A model generated the notes under the pieces. The model had not been told where the DNA came from. It made no database searches and was given only the letters and a program-made list of their open reading frames with translations. A DNA stretch of 64,000 bases from Roseburia hominis (GTDB taxonomy: Bacteria > Bacillota > Clostridia > Lachnospirales > Lachnospiraceae): the NCBI GenBank assembly GCA_021771815.1, contig JAETOE010000015.1:3778-67777 (forward strand), in the 5' to 3' direction. The translations under genes were made by a program, and so were the position numbers. Of this stretch, positions 17,508 through 28,145 are shown piece after piece (position 1 is the stretch's first letter; each line of letters begins with the position of its first letter).

Positions 17508-18212
17508 ATGGCAGCAAAACAGAAAATCCTCATCGTTGACGATGACAACAATATCGCAGAACTGATTTCTCTGTATCTCACCAAAGAGTGCTTCGACACG
17601 AAGATCGTCAATGACGGAGAAGAGGCGTTAGTTGCTTTCGAGCAGTACAATCCAAACCTGATTCTGCTCGATCTGATGCTCCCCGGCATTGACGGTTATC
17701 AGGTATGCCGGGAGGTTCGCGCAAAAGCGAATGTCCCGATCATCATGCTCTCCGCCAAAGGCGAGATCTTCGACAAGGTGCTTGGTCTTGAGCTTGGCGC
17801 TGACGACTATATGATGAAGCCCTTTGATTCCAAGGAGCTTGTCGCACGCGTAAAGGCGGTTTTACGGCGTTATCAGCCTGCAAAGGCAGAAGAAGCCGCT
17901 CCCGAATTAAAATGCGTCAAATACACGGATCTGGTGGTCAATCTCTCCAACTATTCCGTAATCTATCGCGGTCAGGCGGTGGATATGCCGCCGAAGGAGC
18001 TTGAGCTTCTCTATTTTCTTGCAGCCTCACCGAATCAGGTCTTTACACGGGAACAGCTTTTGGACCATATCTGGGGCTACGAATATATCGGCGACACGAG
18101 GACCGTCGATGTGCACGTAAAGCGCCTGCGTGAGAAGATCAAAGATCATGCAAACTGGAGCCTGGCGACCGTCTGGGGTATCGGCTACAAATTTGAGGTT
18201 CGCGACCTATGA
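17508..18212 (+). CDS. OmpR/PhoB-family response regulator
   Basis: Receiver domain (ILIVDDD..DLMLPGIDG..K) plus winged-helix output (TVDVHVKRLREKI..GIGYKF). Start ATG 17508 follows GGAAAGG. Confidence 0.9.
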   Translation: MAAKQKILIVDDDNNIAELISLYLTKECFDTKIVNDGEEALVAFEQYNPNLILLDLMLPGIDGYQVCREVRAKANVPIIMLSAKGEIFDKVLGLELGADDYMMKPFDSKELVARVKAVLRRYQPAKAEEAAPELKCVKYTDLVVNLSNYSVIYRGQAVDMPPKELELLYFLAASPNQVFTREQLLDHIWGYEYIGDTRTVDVHVKRLREKIKDHANWSLATVWGIGYKFEVRDL

Positions 18213-19630
18213 AACGTACACTATATCCCAAGCTGCTTGCCGGATACCTCATGTACGGCATCATCGGCTTTATTATCATCACGACCTTTACCTATCATAT
18301 GATTTTTGATTTTGTGGAAAAGCGTGATGCTGCGAACCTGTATCGGGAATCCGCACTAATTTCCTCCAACTATGCGGCGGAATATTTTTCAAAGTCTATG
18401 ACGCTGGACGAAATCCGGACGCAGCTTGCCACCTTAAGCACCTATCTCTCCAGCGAAATCTGGATTGTGGACACAAGAGGCAACATTATCTTAAACACCG
18501 CAAATCCGTCTCTTCCTGAAGAGGGCGTTTCTATCCCCGGTTTTAATATCACGGATTTCGGCAGCAGATATTATCAGGTAGGCACTTTTTACAATCAGTT
18601 TTCCTCGGAGACTTTGAGTGTATTTTCTCCCATTACCGTCAATTACAAAGTACGCGGCTATGTCGTCATCCACAAGCCGATGAGCAGCCTCGTATCCTAC
18701 TCGAACGGTCTGGTCGTGATTTCCTACGAAACGCTCGGTCTGCTTTTTATTGCAGCGTTTGTTGTACTGATTTTGTTCACCTACATTGTATACATACCGA
18801 TCCGCCGGATCACGAAAGCCGCGGATCAATACGCGGCCGGCAATTTCGAGACGAAGATCGATATCCACTCCAACGATGAGATCGGATATCTCGCCGCCTC
18901 GCTGAACTACATGGCAAACGAATTGAACACACTCGAGGACGATCAGAAGAAATTTGTCTCCAACGTCTCGCACGACTTCCGTTCACCGCTCACTTCCATC
19001 AAGGGCTACGTCGAAGCGATGCTCGACGGAACGATTCCCGTGGAGATGCAGGACAAATATTTAAATATTATTCTATTTGAGACAGAACGCTTAAACAAAC
19101 TGACGCGAAGCCTGCTCGAGCTGAATAAATTCGGTTCGCACGGCACAATGCTCGATATCACGGATTTCGATATCAATCACACCATCCGTATGACGGTACA
19201 GACTTTTGAAGGCACCTGTAAAGATAAGCATATTTCTTTCAACCTCATTCTAACCGGAGAAAAGCTTTTTGTCTCTGCCGACATGAGCAAAATTCAGCAG
19301 GTGCTCTACAATCTGATCGACAATGCGATCAAATTCAGCCATGCAGATTCCTCGATTAACATCGAGACAACGGAAAAGAATGACAAAATCTTCGTGTCCG
19401 TCAAAGATACGGGAATCGGCATACCGAAGGACAGCATCAAAAAAATCTGGGAGCGTTTTTACAAAACAGACCTCTCCCGCGGCAAAGACAAAAAAGGAAC
19501 CGGACTCGGACTCTCCATTGTAAAAGAAATCATTTCCGCGCACGGCGAAAATATCAACTGTATCAGCACCGAGGGCGTCGGAACCGAATTTATCTTTACC
19601 CTGCCATTAGCAAAGGAGCTGTCGCACTAA
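18209..19630 (+). CDS. sensor histidine kinase (2 TM, HAMP, HisKA, HATPase_c)
   Basis: H-box SHDFRSPLTSI, N-box DNAIKF, G1 DTGIGI, G2 GTGLGLSIV. 4-nt overlap with the regulator gene. Confidence 0.9.
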   Translation: MKRTLYPKLLAGYLMYGIIGFIIITTFTYHMIFDFVEKRDAANLYRESALISSNYAAEYFSKSMTLDEIRTQLATLSTYLSSEIWIVDTRGNIILNTANPSLPEEGVSIPGFNITDFGSRYYQVGTFYNQFSSETLSVFSPITVNYKVRGYVVIHKPMSSLVSYSNGLVVISYETLGLLFIAAFVVLILFTYIVYIPIRRITKAADQYAAGNFETKIDIHSNDEIGYLAASLNYMANELNTLEDDQKKFVSNVSHDFRSPLTSIKGYVEAMLDGTIPVEMQDKYLNIILFETERLNKLTRSLLELNKFGSHGTMLDITDFDINHTIRMTVQTFEGTCKDKHISFNLILTGEKLFVSADMSKIQQVLYNLIDNAIKFSHADSSINIETTEKNDKIFVSVKDTGIGIPKDSIKKIWERFYKTDLSRGKDKKGTGLGLSIVKEIISAHGENINCISTEGVGTEFIFTLPLAKELSH

Positions 19631-19726
19631 ATTAATCCGTGCTCAGATATCAAGTTCCGGTGTTTTCTGTTCTCCTTTGTGAAAGCATATTGTACTACGT
19701 CCATAAATACCATTCAACTTCGTTCT

Positions 19727-19779
19727 AATTATACTTCGATATGTCATAGCATTTTGCAACGGCATATCGAAGTATAATT
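19727..19779. terminator. 17-bp perfect inverted repeat between the convergent kinase and AraC genes
   Basis: AATTATACTTCGATATG (19727-19743) / CATATCGAAGTATAATT (19763-19779). Weak T-run on the plus strand. Confidence 0.5.
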
Positions 19780-19808
19780 TATATTGTTAAACGCCCGGGA
19801 TATGAACT

Positions 19809-20726
19809 TTATTTCTGCAGGCAAGATACCAATGAGCTCCTTTTTCGGTATTCTGTTGGTGTTAAATGATAATGCTTTTTGAATAATCTGCAAAAATAGT
19901 CTACATTATTAAATCCTGTTTCATAAGAAATAGCATTAACTTTTTTCTCGGTTTTCGAAAGCAAAAGCGCCGCTTCATTTAAACGATAATTGATAAGATA
20001 GTTGATCGGTGTTATGCGTAAATATTTGTGAAAAAGGTTTAACACAGTGCTCTTGCTGATTCTTGCATGTTCCGCAATGTCGTCTAAGGAAATGTCGTTC
20101 GAGTAATTCTGATGAATGTACTGCATCATTAACTGTAATCTTGCCTGAGAAGAAGCGGAATTATCTATATGACCTTTCGCATATGTAATGTCTGTATTTT
20201 CATATATTTTTTTCCAAAGTTCCTGAATAAGAGAGGCTGTTGTAAGCTCGCAGCAGGAAACTTCATCCTGCGCATCGATTATTTGCCTGATAATTGATAT
20301 GACCTCTGACTGCCAGGGAACTTCCGCATAAAAAATCTGAAACATCAAGGAAGACGAAATAACAGGTAAAATGTATTTTTGATATATAAAACTATCTTCC
20401 GCAGCAATAAAAGAAGGCATACATACAAAATTAGGAATAACAGCTTCATCAGGAGAGTAGAAACGGTGAAGAATTTTGGAATTAATGAATACCCCATTGC
20501 CCTTCGATAAAGCAAATTGCTTTTCACCAATCCAAAAAGTCACCGTTCCTGATTCAACATACACAAACTCCAATTCAGTATGCCAATGCCATTCGACACA
20601 GTTGAAATCAAACAGAGCTAAATTGTCATAATAAAAACGAAATGGATAATTATTGCTTCCATGTTTTATCGTTTCCATCAAATTTTCATCCGTTATAATC
20701 TTGTTATAGGACGTATTAAAATTCAT
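19809..20726 (-). CDS. AraC-family transcriptional regulator (cupin sensor plus HTH)
   Basis: C-terminal double HTH (LDDIAEHARISKSTVLNLF ... VNAISYETGFNNVDYFCRLFKKHYHLTPTEYR). Start ATG 20726 (MNFNTS) follows GGGAG. Confidence 0.85.
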   Translation of the reverse strand: MNFNTSYNKIITDENLMETIKHGSNNYPFRFYYDNLALFDFNCVEWHWHTELEFVYVESGTVTFWIGEKQFALSKGNGVFINSKILHRFYSPDEAVIPNFVCMPSFIAAEDSFIYQKYILPVISSSLMFQIFYAEVPWQSEVISIIRQIIDAQDEVSCCELTTASLIQELWKKIYENTDITYAKGHIDNSASSQARLQLMMQYIHQNYSNDISLDDIAEHARISKSTVLNLFHKYLRITPINYLINYRLNEAALLLSKTEKKVNAISYETGFNNVDYFCRLFKKHYHLTPTEYRKRSSLVSCLQK

Positions 20727-20846
20727 GCATGCATCACTCCCGGAATACACTTTTACGATATTATACAATAAATACAGGATATAAAGCAATGAAAAGAGAG
20801 ATCCCGTGTTATATACTTCAAAAAAAAGAAGGGAACTAAAATTATT

Positions 20847-22037
20847 ATGCCTAATTATCATAAAACTAAAACCGCCTGTTACTTAGGACTTATTACACAA
20901 GCAATCGCTGCTAACTTTGCGCCGCTGCTTTTTTTAAAATTTCATTATGATTACCATATTTCTCTTGGTAATATCGCACTAATATCTACCTGTTTTTACT
21001 TTACACAGCTTTTGGTAGATTTGTTTTGTGCAAAATTTGTAGATAGAATTGGATATCGGGTGTGTATTGTTGCCTCAGAAATATGTGCTGCCGCTGGTCT
21101 GGCAGGTCTGGCATTTCTGCCGGACCTGCTGCCAATTCCGCTTATCGGAATACTATGCTGTGTAATCATGTATGCGATAGGGAGCGGTCTGATCGAGGTA
21201 CTCTGCAGCCCTATTATAGAAGCATGTCCATTTGAAAACAAAGAGGCTACAATGAGCCTGCTTCACTCCTTCTATTGTTGGGGAGCAGTAGGAACGATAT
21301 TGATGTCTACGCTTTTTTTTCTGATATTCGGAATGGACAGTTGGAAATGGCTGGCTGTTCTATGGGCGCTTATCCCAGCCGTTAATATCTATAATTTTGC
21401 AACATGTCCAATCGAACATTTAGTAGATGCAAAGGACGGAATGGGAATTAGAAAGCTATTTCAGACTCCCCTCTTTTGGTTGGCTATTGGTTTGATGATC
21501 TGCTCCGGCGCATCAGAACTCGCTATGGCACAATGGGCGTCGGCTTATGCGGAAGCAGCATTGGGATTATCGAAAACGATAGGCGATTTAGCAGGTCCCT
21601 GTATGTTTGCAGTTACAATGGGAATAAGTCGCGTGATATTCGGAAAATATGGCGACAGAATGGATCTGATGAAATTTATGATAGGCTCTGGAATCTTATG
21701 TGTAATATGTTATCTTTTCGCTTCATTATCCGCCAATCCATTAATAGGTCTTATCGGCTGTATTATATGCGGCTTTTCTGTTGGAATAATGTGGCCTGGA
21801 ACAATTAGCCTTACATCCGAAAAGTTCCCTGCAGGCGGAACAGCCATGTTTGCGCTGCTTGCTATGGCAGGGGATTTGGGCGGAAGCATTGGTCCTGGCA
21901 TTGTCGGTCGTGTTACACAATATGCGGGAGATAATATTCGCATTGGTATGAGTATTGGTCTTGTTTTTCCAATTCTTTTATTAATAATGCTTTTTGCTCT
22001 GGGCAGAGAAAAAACACAAACGGAAAAAACAAAATAA
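20847..22037 (+). CDS. MFS transporter
   Basis: 396 aa, about 12 TM segments, divergent from the AraC gene. AT-rich pair. Confidence 0.8.
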   Translation: MPNYHKTKTACYLGLITQAIAANFAPLLFLKFHYDYHISLGNIALISTCFYFTQLLVDLFCAKFVDRIGYRVCIVASEICAAAGLAGLAFLPDLLPIPLIGILCCVIMYAIGSGLIEVLCSPIIEACPFENKEATMSLLHSFYCWGAVGTILMSTLFFLIFGMDSWKWLAVLWALIPAVNIYNFATCPIEHLVDAKDGMGIRKLFQTPLFWLAIGLMICSGASELAMAQWASAYAEAALGLSKTIGDLAGPCMFAVTMGISRVIFGKYGDRMDLMKFMIGSGILCVICYLFASLSANPLIGLIGCIICGFSVGIMWPGTISLTSEKFPAGGTAMFALLAMAGDLGGSIGPGIVGRVTQYAGDNIRIGMSIGLVFPILLLIMLFALGREKTQTEKTK

Positions 22038-22074
22038 TATAATCGGAAACAATAAAATCAGTAAGTAATAACCA

Positions 22075-22118
22075 AAAAGAGATTTGGCAACGGCTCACAC
22101 CGCCACCAAATCTCTTTT
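22075..22118. terminator. bidirectional terminator between the MFS gene and rplQ
   Basis: AAAGAGATTTGG / CCAAATCTCTTT 12-bp stem, flanked by A- and T-runs. Confidence 0.75.
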
Positions 22119-22131
22119 CACTAACTTTGTC

Positions 22132-22668
22132 TTATACTAACTCAAGCAATACCTCAAGAGCGCCGTCACCTTTACGCTGTCCAATCTTAACGATTCTGGT
22201 GTAACCACCGTTGCGGTCAGCATACTTCGGAGCGATCTCATCAAATAACTTTGCAACAAGATCTACTTCCTTGGTGTTCTTCTTACGTCCGGCAGCCTCT
22301 GTCGGAACTTCCTTTACCGTGTAGAGAACCTTTAACATCTCTCTGCGGGCATGAAGACGGGAAGGCATATCCTTCTTGATGGTCTTCTCTACTTCGTCGT
22401 ATACGGTAACTTTCTTGCCGTCTACAACTTCCTTTACGCGCTTGCCGTCTTTGTCCTTGCGGGCAACCTTGGTCTTAACAGTAACTTCCTCGAAGTTATC
22501 CTTCTCTTTTACTGCCATAGCGATAAGACCCTCAGCAATCTTGCGGACTTCCTTCGCCTTTGCCTCAGTCGTAACGATCTTGCCGTTATTTAATAATGCT
22601 GTTACCTGACCTCTCAATAAAGCCTTTCTCTGGCTAGAGGTTCTGCTTAACTTACGATACTTTGCCAT
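22132..22668 (-). CDS. rplQ: 50S ribosomal protein L17 (bL17) with an internal Lys-rich insertion of about 45-50 aa
   Basis: MAKYRKLSRTSSQRKALLRG.. N-terminus and ..RNGGYTRIVKIGQRKGDGA.. C-terminus are canonical L17. Start ATG 22668 follows GGAGGAAAAAG. 178 aa against about 115-125 typical. Confidence 0.9.
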   Translation of the reverse strand: MAKYRKLSRTSSQRKALLRGQVTALLNNGKIVTTEAKAKEVRKIAEGLIAMAVKEKDNFEEVTVKTKVARKDKDGKRVKEVVDGKKVTVYDEVEKTIKKDMPSRLHARREMLKVLYTVKEVPTEAAGRKKNTKEVDLVAKLFDEIAPKYADRNGGYTRIVKIGQRKGDGALEVLLELV

Positions 22669-22900
22669 TTCTTTTTCCTCCATTCTATGGTACATCCGGC
22701 GACGCTCTTCGGACTTACTCACCCAATGCAACGCGAACACGTTCGCGTAAGAATAAATCGTCACCGATTTATTCCCAGTTTTAGGCTACCGACATACTCC
22801 ATGCCTATCGGACTTACTGTTTCTGCCATTCAAAAATCTTTACAAGGTACCTTCTGAACATGAGCAGTTCAGAAGGAAGCGCTCAGGCTTCGCCTTCGCT

Positions 22901-23860
22901 TCACTCTTCGCCCTGGTTCAGCTGAAGTCCAAGCTCTTTTAACTTCGCAAGAACTTCTTCCAGAGACTTGCGTCCTAAATTACGGACCTTCATCATGTCC
23001 TCCGGTGTGCGGTTGGTCAACTCCTCGACGGTGTTGATGCCCGCTCTCTTCAGACAGTTATAAGAACGAACGGAAAGCTCCAGTTCATCGATATTCATCT
23101 CAAGAACCTTCTCCTTCGCGTTATCCTCTTTCTCAATCATGACATCCGCCTGCTGTGCAGCTTCTGACAGATCGATGAACAGACTTAAGTGCTCGCTTAA
23201 AACCTTTGCCGCAAGGCTGACTGCCTCATCCGGCTCTAAGGTTCCGTTGGTGTATACATCCAGAGTCAGTTTATCATAATCGGTAATCTGACCGACACGG
23301 GTATTCTCAATCAAGAGATTTACACGCTCTACCGGCGTATAAATAGAATCGACTGCAATCACACCGATCGGAGTGTCCTCTGTCTTATTCTTCTCTGCAC
23401 TGACATAGCCTCTGCCCTTTGTAATGGTAAGCTCCATGTATAGCTTACAATCTGCTCCACCATTTAAGTTGGCAATTACCAGATCCGGATTTAAAATCTG
23501 AATATCAGAATCCACCTGGATATCCGCTGCTGTAACTACGCCTTCGCCTTCGAATTCAATGTATGCAACCTTCGGCTCATTGGTAGAACTGTTATTGCGG
23601 ATTGCAAGATTCTTGATGTTCATGATGATCTCAGTCACATCTTCCTTCACGCCAGGAATCGAACTGAACTCATGCAGCACACCATCAATCTTGACCTGAC
23701 TTACCGCAGCACCCGGTAAAGAAGAAAGCATAATTCTTCTTAAAGAATTACCAAGCGTCGTACCGTAGCCTCTTTCCAGTGGTTCTACAACAAACCTTCC
23801 GTACTTCTTGTCTTCTGAAATTTCTGCGATCTCAATTTTTGGTTTTTGAAAATCGAACAC
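22901..23860 (-). CDS. rpoA: DNA-directed RNA polymerase subunit alpha
   Basis: 319 aa. [22 protein letters not shown] and the C-terminal domain [15 protein letters not shown]. Confidence 0.95.
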   Translation of the reverse strand: MFDFQKPKIEIAEISEDKKYGRFVVEPLERGYGTTLGNSLRRIMLSSLPGAAVSQVKIDGVLHEFSSIPGVKEDVTEIIMNIKNLAIRNNSSTNEPKVAYIEFEGEGVVTAADIQVDSDIQILNPDLVIANLNGGADCKLYMELTITKGRGYVSAEKNKTEDTPIGVIAVDSIYTPVERVNLLIENTRVGQITDYDKLTLDVYTNGTLEPDEAVSLAAKVLSEHLSLFIDLSEAAQQADVMIEKEDNAKEKVLEMNIDELELSVRSYNCLKRAGINTVEELTNRTPEDMMKVRNLGRKSLEEVLAKLKELGLQLNQGEE

Positions 23861-23918
23861 TACAAAATCCCTCCTTCTCGGGTAATTTGCCTAATGTATT
23901 GTATCCACCTAATCACGA

Positions 23919-24512
23919 TTACTTGGAATACAACTCGACGATGAGCATCTCGTCAACAGGTACGTCGATCTGCTCTCTGGAAGGTAATTCTTTTACAGTT
24001 CCCTGTAATTTCTCAGCGTCAACATCTAACCAATCCGGAACAAGTCTTCCACCGGTTACCTCGATGATATCCTTCATTCTCTGAAGACCCTTGTTCTTCT
24101 CTTTGATCTCGATTACATCGCCAGCTTTCACAAGGTAAGACGGAATGTTTACCTGCTTGCCGTTTACTAAGATGAACTTGTGGTCAACAATCTGTCTTGC
24201 TTCCTTTCTGGTTCTTGCGAAGCCCATACGGAATACTACGTTGTCCAGTCTGGACTCTAACATAGTCATAAGGTTCGTACCGGTCATGCCCTTCATCTGG
24301 TCAGCCTTCACATAGTAGTTGTGGAAAGGCTTCTCTAATACGCCATAGATGAACTTTGCTTTCTGCTTCTCGCGCAACTGAAGACCGTACTCAGACACCT
24401 TCTTGTTCGCTCTCTTTAACTCTCTGTTGGACTTCTTGTCATATCCTAAGTAACTTGGCTCTAAACCAAGGGATCTGCATCTTTTCAGAACAGGAACTTT
24501 ATTTACTGCCAT
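23919..24512 (-). CDS. rpsD: 30S ribosomal protein S4
   Basis: Sequence and synteny. Confidence 0.95.
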   Translation of the reverse strand: MAVNKVPVLKRCRSLGLEPSYLGYDKKSNRELKRANKKVSEYGLQLREKQKAKFIYGVLEKPFHNYYVKADQMKGMTGTNLMTMLESRLDNVVFRMGFARTRKEARQIVDHKFILVNGKQVNIPSYLVKAGDVIEIKEKNKGLQRMKDIIEVTGGRLVPDWLDVDAEKLQGTVKELPSREQIDVPVDEMLIVELYSK

Positions 24513-24531
24513 TTTCGTCTCTCCCTCCTAA

Positions 24532-24924
24532 TTAAACTCTTCTGCGTTTTGGCGGACGGCATCCGTTGTGAGGTACCGGGGTTACATCCTTGATGCTTGT
24601 AACCTCAAGACCGCATGCGGAAAGCGCACGAATTGCTGCTTCTCTTCCTGATCCCGGTCCCTTGACCATAACGTCAACAGTCTTTAATCCGTGCACTAAA
24701 GCTGCCTTTGTAGCCGTCTCTGCTGCCATCTGTGCAGCGTATGGAGTAGATTTCCTTGAACCTCTAAATCCAAGACCACCAGCACTTGCCCATGATAAAG
24801 CATTTCCTTCAGCATCTGTGATCGTTACGATCGTGTTGTTAAAAGATGACTGAATATGTGCCTGTCCGCGTTCAACGTTTTTCTTTACGCGCTTTTTTGT
24901 CACTTTCTTTGTAACTTTAGCCAT
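24532..24924 (-). CDS. rpsK: 30S ribosomal protein S11
   Basis: Sequence and synteny. Confidence 0.95.
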   Translation of the reverse strand: MAKVTKKVTKKRVKKNVERGQAHIQSSFNNTIVTITDAEGNALSWASAGGLGFRGSRKSTPYAAQMAAETATKAALVHGLKTVDVMVKGPGSGREAAIRALSACGLEVTSIKDVTPVPHNGCRPPKRRRV

Positions 24925-24989
24925 ATCTAAACTAACCTACTTTCTCAAAATTAATCAAATGATTGTCTGTAACCAACAATAAAAAAATC

Positions 24990-25358
24990 TTACTTCTTCT
25001 TGTTTGCAACGGTACGCTTCGGTCCCTTGCGGGTTCTTGCGTTTGTCTTTGTCTTCTGTCCACGAACCGGAAGACCTTTTCTGTGACGGATTCCACGATA
25101 GCATCCGATCTCCTGAAGTCTCTTGATGTTCATGGCGATCTCTCTTCTTAAATCACCTTCTACAGTCTGAGTCTCGTCGATGACTGCACTGATTCTCTTA
25201 ACCTCGTCGTCTGTCAGATCTCTGACACGAGTATTCGGGTCTACCTTTGCCTCTGCAAGGATACGGTTAGAACTTGTTCTACCGATTCCGTAGATATAAG
25301 TCAGACCGATCTCAACACGTTTTTCTCTTGGTAAATCTACACCTGCGATACGAGCCAT
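24990..25358 (-). CDS. rpsM: 30S ribosomal protein S13
   Basis: [14 protein letters not shown].. Start ATG 25358 follows GGAGG. The upstream part of the track ORF is spacer. Confidence 0.95.
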   Translation of the reverse strand: MARIAGVDLPREKRVEIGLTYIYGIGRTSSNRILAEAKVDPNTRVRDLTDDEVKRISAVIDETQTVEGDLRREIAMNIKRLQEIGCYRGIRHRKGLPVRGQKTKTNARTRKGPKRTVANKKK

Positions 25359-25781
25359 GTGCTTTTTAACCTCCATTAATTCATACGATGCCCATACATA
25401 ACTTCTGCATCTTGTTATTTTCTGATTTCTGCGCCGATTTCCCAATCGGCTGCATCCTGTGCAAGCCAACTTGACCTGATGGCTTTCTCCCTAAATGGAA
25501 CACGATCATCCGCGCTATACGGCTGATGTCCGATCCAATAGGCTTCTGCCCAAAACCGCTGCGGCAGCTCCGTTGTCATCCGGCCTGAAATGTGTGCCCT
25601 CGCGCTTTTGGTTCATTTGGATGAATCTCTCCCGCGTTCTCGGTATGTAAACGGAGAAGAGCAGCTATCCCTGCTGTTTCATATGATAACAGTGCGAACA
25701 ACCCATCCAGGCGTTCCACTGCAGCCGCACATAATGAATGAGTAACAGTTTCCTGTTACAGCACAAAAAGACAAGAACTTA

Positions 25782-25895
25782 TTAGCCCTGTCTCTGCTTG
25801 TGTTTCGGATTCTCACAGATAATTCTGATGCTTCCTTTTCTCTTGATGACTTTGCATTTCTCGCAAATAGGCTTAACTGATGATCTTACCTTCAC
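25782..25895 (-). CDS. rpmJ: 50S ribosomal protein L36
   Basis: 37-aa ORF absent from the track: [40 protein letters not shown] start follows GGAGGATTTGCT. Confidence 0.9.
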   Translation of the reverse strand: MKVRSSVKPICEKCKVIKRKGSIRIICENPKHKQRQG

Positions 25896-26048
25896 AGCAA
25901 ATCCTCCTTTCCAAACAACGAACGGCTCTATCTGCCATTCCTATGTTCTATAATAGCTCTTTCCGGCGTTTTAACGCACAAAAAGGCACTATCCAAAAGT
26001 GTCCGTCTAGCATTATAGCACGAACACTTATTAGAAGTCAACAATTTT

Positions 26049-26267
26049 TTACTTATCTCTCCAGATAATTCTTCCCTTTGTAAGATCGTACGGAGACATC
26101 TCAATTGTCACCTTATCCCCCGGAAGAATACGGATGAAATTCATACGCAGCTTTCCGCTGATGGTTGCAAGAATCTGATGTCCATTCTCAAGTTCTACCT
26201 TAAAGAATGCATTCGGCAGCTTCTCCACTACAGTTCCTTCTACTTCAATAACGTCTGCTTTCGACAT
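26049..26267 (-). CDS. infA: translation initiation factor IF-1
   Basis: 72 aa, S1-like fold sequence. Confidence 0.95.
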   Translation of the reverse strand: MSKADVIEVEGTVVEKLPNAFFKVELENGHQILATISGKLRMNFIRILPGDKVTIEMSPYDLTKGRIIWRDK

Positions 26268-26283
26268 AAATAAATCCTCCTGT

Positions 26284-26550
26284 TTATGATTCCCCGCGCT
26301 CTCTTAGGATGCGCTCATATGCTTTGATTGCTCTCTTCACCGTAAGGTCGGTCACAGTTTCCGACAAGCACCCGGTTACCTCCGCCGGGAGCCTCTTAAT
26401 GATCTGGATATGCTTTACACTCTTCCTCTTTGGCGCTGCGAGCGGCTTTGTGACACCATTCACCAGATACACAAACCGCCCGTCTCTCTCCTTCACCAGA
26501 TAAATCTGATTCCGGTCATGTCCTGCGGCGGACTTTGCAAATTCTATCAT
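26284..26550 (-). CDS. KOW-domain RNA-binding protein (small protein commonly found between map and infA in Clostridia)
   Basis: [21 protein letters not shown].. Start ATG 26550. Confidence 0.65.
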   Translation of the reverse strand: MIEFAKSAAGHDRNQIYLVKERDGRFVYLVNGVTKPLAAPKRKSVKHIQIIKRLPAEVTGCLSETVTDLTVKRAIKAYERILRERGES

Positions 26551-26561
26551 ATTCCTCACTC

Positions 26562-27365
26562 TTATTCCTGTTTCCCCAAATACTGATTCCATCTGCCCGT
26601 CGCGATCTCGGAATCGGTAAGCGTCAGAATCTCCGGCTCTCCTTCCGTAATCAGAACCGTGTTCTCATAGTGTGCGGAAAGCGATAAGTCCTCCGTGACT
26701 ACCGTCCAGTCATCATCCATCCACACGACGTCGGCAGTTCCAAGATCGACCATCGGCTCGATCGCGAGCGTCATTCCGGCGCGAAGCTTAATGCCCCGGC
26801 GAATTTTTCTGTAATTCGGAATCTCCGGTTCCTCGTGCATATGCGTGCCGATTCCGTGTCCGCATAAATCCCTGACGACGCCGTATCCAAAGCTTTCTGC
26901 GTAATCGCCGATCGCCGCCGAAATCTGGTGCAGATGATTGCCGGCTGTCGCGAACTTCATTCCCTCGAAAAAACTCTGTCTCGTCCGCTCAATCAGAAGC
27001 TCCGCATCCTCCGAAATCTCTCCGACGCCATGTGTTCTGGCCGCATCGGACTGATATCCCTTGTAAATTACTCCTGCATCAAGGCTTACAATATCGCCTT
27101 CCTCGATGATCCGGTCCTTCCTCGGAATACCGTGAACGACCTCCTCATTGATGGATACACAAATAGACGCCGGATACCCCTGATAGCCTTTAAAGGACGG
27201 TTCGCATCCAAAGCTTCGTATCATTTCCTCGCCGAGTCTGTCAACGTCAAGCGTTGACATTCCCGGCTTTAATTCTTTTCCAAGCTCCTCATGTACTTTT
27301 GCCAGAATCTTTCCCGCCTCGCGCATAAGTTCAATCTCCCGGGGGGATTTAATCGTTACAGACAT
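26562..27365 (-). CDS. map: type I methionine aminopeptidase
   Basis: Metal ligand motifs (D..D..H..E..E context: SLDAGVIYKGYQSD, CGHGIG, LAIEP, YENTV). Confidence 0.92.
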   Translation of the reverse strand: MSVTIKSPREIELMREAGKILAKVHEELGKELKPGMSTLDVDRLGEEMIRSFGCEPSFKGYQGYPASICVSINEEVVHGIPRKDRIIEEGDIVSLDAGVIYKGYQSDAARTHGVGEISEDAELLIERTRQSFFEGMKFATAGNHLHQISAAIGDYAESFGYGVVRDLCGHGIGTHMHEEPEIPNYRKIRRGIKLRAGMTLAIEPMVDLGTADVVWMDDDWTVVTEDLSLSAHYENTVLITEGEPEILTLTDSEIATGRWNQYLGKQE

Positions 27366-27366
27366 A

Positions 27367-28011
27367 CTATGCTCCTAATATTGCCACAATATCTGCAAAT
27401 ACCTTTTCCATCGGCTGTGTTCCGTCCACGGATTTTAAGATATCCTGCTTCTTATAGTAATCAATGAGCGGCTGTGTCTGCTCATGGTATACCGTAAGAC
27501 GCTTCTGTACTGTCTCCGGTGCATCGTCATCCCTTAAGACGACCGGATTCCCACAACGGTCACAGATTCCCTCCACTTTAGTCGGAATTGATACGATGTG
27601 GTATGTAGCTCCGCAATTTAAGCAGGCGCGTCTGCCGCTCATGCGGTTTACGATGTTCTCATCGGGAACATCTACGTCGATGGCGTAGTCCATCTTCTGA
27701 TTTATTTTATCAAGTGCTGCTGTAAGCGCTTCCGCCTGTGGAATCGTCCTTGGGAATCCGTCTAATACGAAGCCATTCTTACAGTCATCCTGCTGTATTC
27801 TATCCATTACCAGGTCACAAGTCAGTTCATCCGGCACCAAAAGTCCCTGATCCATATACTGCTTTGCCTTCTGTCCCAGTTCTGTGCCGTTCTTAATATT
27901 GGCGCGGAAAATATCTCCCGTGGAAATATGCGGAATTGTATACTTATCCGCAATCTGTTTTGCCTGTGTTCCTTTACCGGCTCCCGGAGCCCCTAACATT
28001 ATGATTTTCAT
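27367..28011 (-). CDS. adk: adenylate kinase (zinc-lid type)
   Basis: P-loop [10 protein letters not shown]. Lid CxxC..CxxC (CLNCG..CDRCG). Confidence 0.95.
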   Translation of the reverse strand: MKIIMLGAPGAGKGTQAKQIADKYTIPHISTGDIFRANIKNGTELGQKAKQYMDQGLLVPDELTCDLVMDRIQQDDCKNGFVLDGFPRTIPQAEALTAALDKINQKMDYAIDVDVPDENIVNRMSGRRACLNCGATYHIVSIPTKVEGICDRCGNPVVLRDDDAPETVQKRLTVYHEQTQPLIDYYKKQDILKSVDGTQPMEKVFADIVAILGA

Positions 28012-28145
28012 AGGAATACCTCTTCCTTTCTAAACAAACTCCTGTTTCGTCGTATCTTCTTTTGCACTGCCCGTGTAAATCGAAATTAACGCTGAACTTA
28101 TAACAAGTCCAGCGTTCTTTCCCTATATCCAACAGCCCTGCTGGA

